From an uncultured Proteiniphilum sp. (GTDB lineage Bacteria; Bacteroidota; Bacteroidia; Bacteroidales; Dysgonomonadaceae), in contig CAYLKV010000009.1 of the NCBI GenBank assembly GCA_964384545.1, forward strand, positions 13,619 to 77,618: a stretch of DNA of 64,000 nucleotides, in the 5' to 3' direction. Made by a program: the position numbers and the translations under genes. The notes under the pieces were generated by a model. That model ran no database searches. It was given only the letters and a program-made list of their open reading frames with translations, and was not told the DNA's origin. How positions within the stretch are numbered: position 1 is the stretch's first letter; each line of letters opens with the position of its first letter. Below are positions 58,370 through 64,000 of the stretch, piece by piece.

Positions 58370-59584
58370 ATGGAAAAGAATCTATTGGTCGAAAAAGCAA
58401 AATTGCATCTGAATAAGTTATGCTCTGAGATTGGTGAGCGCAGGGTTGGAAGTGTTGGAAATCGTAATGCAACCGATTATACGAAGATGGTTTTTGATGA
58501 ATTGGGATGGTCAACTGAGGCGACTGAATTGGTGGTAATCGACTGGACTACTGAGGGGGCTTCACTAACTTGTAACGAAATCTCATTTGAGGTGTTTCCG
58601 TCTCATTATTCGCTGGGATGCTCTGTGAAGGGTGAACTTGCGGTTGTCAATTCGGTAGAATTGCTCGAGAAAAGTGATATTAGCGATAAGATTGTACTTC
58701 TTTATGGTGAAATTACTGCTGAGCAGATTGCGCCGAAGAAGTTTCCTTTTTGGAATCCCGAGGAGCATCAGCATATTGTTTCTCTGTTGGAAAAAGCAAA
58801 TCCTAAGGCACTGATTTGTGCGACAAAGAGAAATTCGGCTTTAGCAGGTGGAGTTTACCCTTTCCCAATGTTTGAAGATGGCGATTTCGATATCCCTTCT
58901 GTATATATGAAAGATACCGAGGGCGATAAGCTTCTGGATTGTGCAGGTCAAATTGTGGAACTGGAGTCTAAATCAGTTAGAATTCCCGAAACAGCTTACA
59001 ATATTATTGCACGAAACAGTTCAGAAGAGGAGAACAGGATTGTAATTTCTGCACATATCGATACAAAAATTGGTACTCCGGGGGCGATTGACAACGCAAC
59101 TGGTGTTGCTATTGTGCTGATGCTTGCAGAAATGATGAAAGGGCAAGTGACCAAATATCCGCTTGAGTTGGTGATTATTAATGGAGAGGATTATTATGGT
59201 GCACCTGGCCAAGTGAAATATGTTGAACAGAATAGTGGCAGATTTGAAAATATTCTTGTGAATATTAATATCGATGGAGCCGGTTATTACGAAGGCCTTT
59301 CATGCTTCTCTGCATTCAATCTTCCTGAGTTTGTTATTAATGCTCTTAATGAAGTGATTAATAATACTCCCGAAATTGTAGAAGGACTTCCATGGTATCA
59401 GGGAGATCACAGTATGTTTCTGCAGAATGGATGCCCTGCTATTGCCGTTAGTTCTCAATGGTTTATAGAGAACATGGAGAGTCAGGAGATAACACATACT
59501 CCAAAAGACAATCTTGGGATTGTCAATTATGAACGCGTTGCAGAGTGCGCTTTAGGTATTGCAGAATTGATCCGTAAACTGTAG
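58370..59584 (+). CDS. M28-family metallo-aminopeptidase
   Basis: 404 aa. ...ISAHIDTKIGTPGAIDNATGVA...INGEDYYG...NIDGAG fits the M28 zinc-ligand pattern (H, D, E, D, H). Confidence 0.8.
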   Translation: MEKNLLVEKAKLHLNKLCSEIGERRVGSVGNRNATDYTKMVFDELGWSTEATELVVIDWTTEGASLTCNEISFEVFPSHYSLGCSVKGELAVVNSVELLEKSDISDKIVLLYGEITAEQIAPKKFPFWNPEEHQHIVSLLEKANPKALICATKRNSALAGGVYPFPMFEDGDFDIPSVYMKDTEGDKLLDCAGQIVELESKSVRIPETAYNIIARNSSEEENRIVISAHIDTKIGTPGAIDNATGVAIVLMLAEMMKGQVTKYPLELVIINGEDYYGAPGQVKYVEQNSGRFENILVNINIDGAGYYEGLSCFSAFNLPEFVINALNEVINNTPEIVEGLPWYQGDHSMFLQNGCPAIAVSSQWFIENMESQEITHTPKDNLGIVNYERVAECALGIAELIRKL

Positions 59585-59641
59585 GAAATACTATTTCAAG
59601 CTATGGTAATATAGAAATATCTTATATTCTGATCACCTCGC

Positions 59642-60103
59642 TTAATCAAATATTTCCTTTTTTGTCTTAATATTTAAGATACACTCTTTTTCGACCTTTG
59701 TTGTATCGGCCTCCTGATTGTTACTCGAATCATTTTCGAGAAGCAAACAAACAATAAGGTTTTGCTGAGAATCTACAGCAATATGTTCAAAAGGAGTGTA
59801 TCCAGCTTTCTTAAATGTTACAATTGAGCCTTTGTCAACTGTAATTGAATACTTGCCCTCTCTGTCTGTGATTGAAACATCAACACTTGTTTCTGACTCT
59901 ACAATTACATCTGAAATTCCTGTACCCCTGCATGTTACATAACCGGCAATTATAACTTTATTTTCAGACTGTTTTTGTTTATTCGATACATTTAAATTAG
60001 AAGCAGTAAGCTCTGTTGCAGAAAATAATAAACATAACAACATCAAAAAAACGATTCCTGGTGGGGATGCTTTCAGGAAAGTTAGGTTAGTCTTGTTTTT
60101 CAT
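59642..60103 (-). CDS. Small secreted CarboxypepD_reg-like domain protein
   Basis: 153 aa. Signal/TM segment, then IIAGYVTCRGTGISDVIVE...TDREGKYSITVDKGSIVTFKKAGY. Confidence 0.55.
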   Translation of the reverse strand: MKNKTNLTFLKASPPGIVFLMLLCLLFSATELTASNLNVSNKQKQSENKVIIAGYVTCRGTGISDVIVESETSVDVSITDREGKYSITVDKGSIVTFKKAGYTPFEHIAVDSQQNLIVCLLLENDSSNNQEADTTKVEKECILNIKTKKEIFD

Positions 60104-60322
60104 AATCTAAACTATTAATGTTATGGAATAGAACATAATTAGTAGATTACAAATATAACAAAAAAATAAATTAGTTAGCATTTTTTAATAATAAACAGTG
60201 AAACTATGTCACTTTTTTTACATATATGACTTAAAATCCTTTTTTTATTCTACAGAATCTTCTTTTATCAAAACTCCTTTTTTTATGTTACAGTATTGCA
60301 GGTAGAGGCACAATCATAAATA

Positions 60323-60354
60323 AATAACCCTGTATGAAACCATACAGGGTTATT
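60323..60354 (-). terminator. Intrinsic terminator after the OM barrel gene
   Basis: Perfect 14-bp stem AATAACCCTGTATG / CATACAGGGTTATT with a 4-nt loop, 23 nt downstream of the stop at 60377, followed by a T-rich tract on the minus strand. Confidence 0.7.
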
Positions 60355-60376
60355 ATTAGTTTATGAATAATTCTTT

Positions 60377-61000
60377 TTAGAATCTATATCCTACTGATAG
60401 ATATGCATTTTGTGTTTTTAGATCACCATCATCTGAGTCGAGAACATTAATAAGGCCCATATCCCAACCTAAATCGAGCAATAATGGTCCGAATTCAGCT
60501 CCAACACCAAAGCCAAGACCTGCATCAAATCTCTTCAGGAAGCCATCATCACCAAACACATCACTTTCTTCTTCGCCTTCCAAATCACCAAATGAGCCGC
60601 TGATTTTCGACTTGCCTCCAACTCCATAAGCAGCATACGGACCGGCATGCAATACTACACGTGTGCCAGGCATAACGTCAATTTTGTAGGCATAGTGTAC
60701 AGGTAATTGAATGTACATAGGATTAACAGTTAAATCTCCAGATATTTCACCAACAGAAGTGCTGTATTTTGATCCTTTAGTTGTAAAAAACAGTCCTGTT
60801 TGAATTGCTGAATTGTATGCAAAATTTATATCTGCAGCTAATCCAATATGGAATCCAATCTTTACATTATTATCAGTTACATCTTCGCCATAAAAATTAG
60901 ACATATTTACACCACCTTTTACTCCTAAAGTTGTTTGTGCACTTACAATAGTTACCATTGCAAGCATTGCAGCAACCAGCATAAATCTCATTTTTTTCAT
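60377..61000 (-). CDS. Small outer-membrane beta-barrel (porin-family/OmpW-OmpA-barrel-like) protein
   Basis: 207 aa. Signal peptide ...IVSAQT, 8-strand-type alternating pattern, C-terminal YLSVGYRF. Confidence 0.75.
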   Translation of the reverse strand: MKKMRFMLVAAMLAMVTIVSAQTTLGVKGGVNMSNFYGEDVTDNNVKIGFHIGLAADINFAYNSAIQTGLFFTTKGSKYSTSVGEISGDLTVNPMYIQLPVHYAYKIDVMPGTRVVLHAGPYAAYGVGGKSKISGSFGDLEGEEESDVFGDDGFLKRFDAGLGFGVGAEFGPLLLDLGWDMGLINVLDSDDGDLKTQNAYLSVGYRF

Positions 61001-61238
61001 AATCTTTCTTTTAAATTAAGTTTATATTTTTTAGTTGATGATGTTAATCTTCAACACAAATATTAAACAGCTCTATCTGGTTTTTGTTCGATTACAGCAT
61101 TACCTCTGCGAACCCATAGTTTTCGGTGAACGTATAAGAGGAGCTGTTTCAACGAAGCGAGTTTACTCTTTAGAGAATTAAAACTAATTATGGGTCATAA
61201 ATTATCGTGAGTCGAAACTTAAAAAGTATTCAGCCACC

Positions 61239-62459
61239 CTACTTATATATTAACTCAAACCACTCTCTCGAAAACAACTCCTCCGCCAATTTCTTAATCT
61301 GACCTGACGTTATATCATCAACCTGAGCAAATATCTCTTCCAGATCTATAAATCTTTTGTGGTGCAAATAGTTTTTGGCCATGCTCAGTGCATTATTTTC
61401 ATTTATCTCTGCCGAAATACCCAACTGCCCCTTCCACTGACGCTTGGCTACAGTCAATTGCATCGCTGTGAGTTCATTCTCCATTATATCCTTAATTTCC
61501 TTTTTTATCAGCTTTAGACATTTGTCCCTGTTTTTTGGATCGCATGCAAAATAAATTGAATAGAATCCTGAATCGCTGTATAATGAGATATTCGATTCGA
61601 TATTATAAACTAGTCCGTTTTTCTCTCTCAGCGACCGGTTCAATCGGCTATTTAGACTACCCCCACCCAATATATTATTTAGCAGGTATAGCACATACCG
61701 GTTGGGATGAAACATACTGAATGTATTCCAGCCAAGTACAACATGAGTTTGGGTTGTATTCTTCTCCAGAGCCTTTTTCACAGGACTGTTTAATGTTGGG
61801 GCTACTCTAACTTTTCTTTCCGATTGCTGTTGCTGTATATTGAAATGTTTTTCCAGCAGCTTAACCACTTTAGAGAATGGTGTTTTACCAAATGAAAAGA
61901 ACACCATCTCAGAGGTTTGATACTGCCGATTAATGAATGCTTTAATCATCTCATTATCAAATGCGTTAAGCGTATCGGGCTCACCTAAGATATAGTGACC
62001 GAAATCATGATTAGCGAAAATCAGATTCTCAAAATCATCATAAATCAGTTCCGATGGATAATCAGCATATGAATCAATCTCATCCAAAATAACCTCACGC
62101 TCACGGTTGATCTGTACATCCGGGAATGAAGAGTTGAAAATAATATCACTAAGTAGTTCAACCGCCCTTGGAAAATACTCCTTAAGAAAAGTTGAGTAGA
62201 TAAAAGTTTCCTCTTTAGTGGTGTAAGCATTAAGATCGCCACCCACATTCTCCATGCGATTAGAGATATGATGAGCCTTGCGCTTTTTGGTGCCCTTAAA
62301 CAGCATATGCTCTACAAAATGAGCCATACCATACTCTGAGTGAAACTCATCACGAGAGCCTGTATTTAAAGCAATACCACAATAAGATATTTCCGATGGA
62401 AACTGGCGATGAATAATTCTTAGTCCATTTTCCAGCGTGTGAGTATATATATTCTTCAT
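61239..62459 (-). CDS. M16-family (pitrilysin/insulinase-like) zinc peptidase
   Basis: 406 aa. Inverted zinc motif HFVEH in GMAHFVEHMLFKGT. Confidence 0.88.
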   Translation of the reverse strand: MKNIYTHTLENGLRIIHRQFPSEISYCGIALNTGSRDEFHSEYGMAHFVEHMLFKGTKKRKAHHISNRMENVGGDLNAYTTKEETFIYSTFLKEYFPRAVELLSDIIFNSSFPDVQINREREVILDEIDSYADYPSELIYDDFENLIFANHDFGHYILGEPDTLNAFDNEMIKAFINRQYQTSEMVFFSFGKTPFSKVVKLLEKHFNIQQQQSERKVRVAPTLNSPVKKALEKNTTQTHVVLGWNTFSMFHPNRYVLYLLNNILGGGSLNSRLNRSLREKNGLVYNIESNISLYSDSGFYSIYFACDPKNRDKCLKLIKKEIKDIMENELTAMQLTVAKRQWKGQLGISAEINENNALSMAKNYLHHKRFIDLEEIFAQVDDITSGQIKKLAEELFSREWFELIYK

Positions 62460-63167
62460 TTAGTTTTTGATATTCAAATAATGTTTTCTCAACTCCTCAT
62501 CAAGCTTTTCGATTGAGTACCTGAGCATAGTTCGGGGCATTTGGGCTGCAAACTTATCGAGGAAATATATAAGCGTCGCCTCATCCCTTTTGCCCATTTC
62601 GCGCAACATCCATCCACATGCCTTATGAATAAGATCGTGCTTATGAGAAAGAAACATCTCCGACAGATTTAATATATCATTGAAATCGTTGTTACGGATA
62701 AATGTGTAAGTCGCCACAACAGCAATTCTCTGATCCCAAAGAAGTTCACTCTCGGATAGTTGATAGATAATCGACCTGTCTTCTCTGTTTTTAAACCACT
62801 CACCCACTATCTTATGAGCAGAGATATCTACTAGATCCCAGTTATTAATGCGATTAGTATAAGACAGATAGAAGTTAAGAATCTCAAACTTCTCGAACTC
62901 ATTGGCCTTACCATAACTGTTTGTGAGGATAACCAATGCACATAATCGACATTCATGAATCTCATCATTAAGCAGTAGTGCTATCTCATCAAGTGGCAAT
63001 TTTGGAAACTTGGCTGCCACACTGCGTGTTTGGGGCACAGTGCAGCCTATAAATATATCACCTTCGCCATACTGACCCTTACCGGTTTTGAAGAAACCAA
63101 GAGAGTGAGTTGCTCTGATGGGGTCGGCCAACTTAAGAAGTTCATCTTTTACATTCCTGGCATTCAT
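62460..63167 (-). CDS. DNA alkylation repair protein (AlkD/AlkC-like HEAT-repeat glycosylase family)
   Basis: 235 aa all-helical protein. ...INNWDLVD.SA..IVG... and ...HDLIHKACGWMLRE are typical of the family. Its stop abuts the M16 start. Confidence 0.75.
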   Translation of the reverse strand: MNARNVKDELLKLADPIRATHSLGFFKTGKGQYGEGDIFIGCTVPQTRSVAAKFPKLPLDEIALLLNDEIHECRLCALVILTNSYGKANEFEKFEILNFYLSYTNRINNWDLVDISAHKIVGEWFKNREDRSIIYQLSESELLWDQRIAVVATYTFIRNNDFNDILNLSEMFLSHKHDLIHKACGWMLREMGKRDEATLIYFLDKFAAQMPRTMLRYSIEKLDEELRKHYLNIKN

Positions 63168-63227
63168 CGCTTAATGATTAAATTCTATATTTTAAAAGTA
63201 TGAGTAATTTAATTTATAATAGTTATA

Positions 63228-64000
63228 TTAATTGACTCTCGAAACAGGGAAACTATTATCGTAGAACCCTACTATATTTCTGCACATTTCTATAGACATC
63301 TTAATTCTATCTTCTATTGTTTTGGTACCTGCATGAGGAGCAAGAAGCACATTATCGAGTTCAAGCAATTCGGGAAGTATATGAGGTTCATTTTCATAAA
63401 CATCTAGTCCTGCTGCCCATATTTTGTTATCGCGAAGAGCATTTGCAAGTGCCTTCTCATCAACCATATCACCTCTTGCTGTATTTATAAATATTGCTGT
63501 CGGTTTCATCATATTGAGCTCTTTCTCACCAATCATCTTGCGAGTCTCGGGTGTAGAAGGAGCATTGAGAGAGATAAAATCTGCAGTTGTAAGAAGCTCT
63601 TCTTTAGAAACATATCTGGCACCATACATATTTTCAATAGATTCTGACAGACGGGTTCTATTGTGATATATAATCGACATGCCCGAAGCAACAGCCCTGC
63701 GTGCAAGCGACTGACCAATTCTACCCATACCAATAATACCCAATGTTTTACCATATACAGGCAATCCTGCTTCGCTGTATACACCCCAGCTGACACCTTT
63801 AGTAGTGCGTAGCTTACGGTCGTAATATCCAATTTTTCGAGCTGCACCTAGCAGAAGAGCAAAAGCCAGTTCAGCAGTCGGTTCCCTTGTAGAATCTGGA
63901 ATATTTGTCACCACAATACCCTTTTTTGTTGCATAGTCTACATCTATATTATTATACCCCACCCCATAGTTGGCAATCATTTCAAGCTTATTGCCTCTAT
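63228..64000 (-). CDS. D-isomer-specific 2-hydroxyacid dehydrogenase (glycerate/glyoxylate reductase-like); N-terminus outside the window
   Basis: The frame stays open past the track ATG (..GNKLEMIANYGVGYNNIDV). NAD site GIIGMGRIGQSLARRA. Catalytic region ...NTARG...LAPHAG. Confidence 0.88.
   Translation of the reverse strand, partial: RGNKLEMIANYGVGYNNIDVDYATKKGIVVTNIPDSTREPTAELAFALLLGAARKIGYYDRKLRTTKGVSWGVYSEAGLPVYGKTLGIIGMGRIGQSLARRAVASGMSIIYHNRTRLSESIENMYGARYVSKEELLTTADFISLNAPSTPETRKMIGEKELNMMKPTAIFINTARGDMVDEKALANALRDNKIWAAGLDVYENEPHILPELLELDNVLLAPHAGTKTIEDRIKMSIEMCRNIVGFYDNSFPVSRVN

Noticed and set aside
1-64000. I searched for CRISPR arrays, IS elements/transposases, prophage genes and known defence systems.
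   Set aside because: I found no regularly spaced direct repeats, no transposase/integrase-like ORFs, and no nuclease/helicase/methylase clusters beyond housekeeping rmuC and mutS2.

Overview
This is a 64-kb chromosomal segment of a low-GC Bacteroidota (Bacteroidales-like) genome. The lineage call rests on TAnnTTTG -7 promoter boxes in front of many genes, CarboxypepD_reg-type outer-membrane proteins, a FISUMP-domain lipoprotein, a T9SS C-terminal sorting domain and a long-tailed ribosomal protein S16. Layout: (i) 1-24 kb is housekeeping: dps, a LytTR two-component pair with a 943-aa outer-membrane barrel, a YeiH-like transporter, a SixA-like phosphatase, kbl-tdh, rmuC, ribBA, an LptF/G-family permease, a NagB-LmbE fusion, a POT transporter and mutS2. 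It ends in a tRNA-Met(CAU) gene with an aberrant T loop. (ii) 24.5-29.4 kb is a partly decayed accessory patch: a FISUMP lipoprotein gene broken by two in-frame stops, a 48-aa acidic ORF missing from the ORF track, and a kinase-like/PqqD/ABC-exporter cassette with no visible precursor or maturase. (iii) 29.5-50.4 kb is one 21-gene minus-strand Wzx/Wzy-dependent polysaccharide operon: wza, wzc, two FdtA-like cupins, acetyltransferase, aminotransferase, wzx, six GTs in the operon (a seventh, 53952-55223, lies outside it), a wzy-like gene, a FemAB-like protein, TagA-like, initiating phosphotransferase, gmd, fcl, GNAT and a beta-helix protein. (iv) 50.4-56.3 kb holds a divergent promoter region with a perfect palindromic operator candidate, a T9SS-tagged paralog of the beta-helix protein, a small lipoprotein, and two paralogous LuxR-type regulators flanking an extra GT4. 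The same palindrome recurs next to these regulators. (v) 56.3-57.3 kb is gene-free. (vi) 57.4-64 kb holds rpsP, an M28 peptidase, small OM proteins, an M16 peptidase, an AlkD-like protein and a 2-hydroxyacid dehydrogenase (partial). I saw no CRISPR array, IS element, integrase, prophage or recognisable defence genes, and I could not establish a clearly novel multi-gene system. The best leads are the shared operator plus LuxR paralogs controlling the polysaccharide locus, a twice-occurring structured intergenic element with a compensated base pair, the orphan PqqD cassette, and the nonsense-interrupted FISUMP gene. All calls come from reading translations, motifs and base pairing by eye. No database search, covariance model or statistics could be run.
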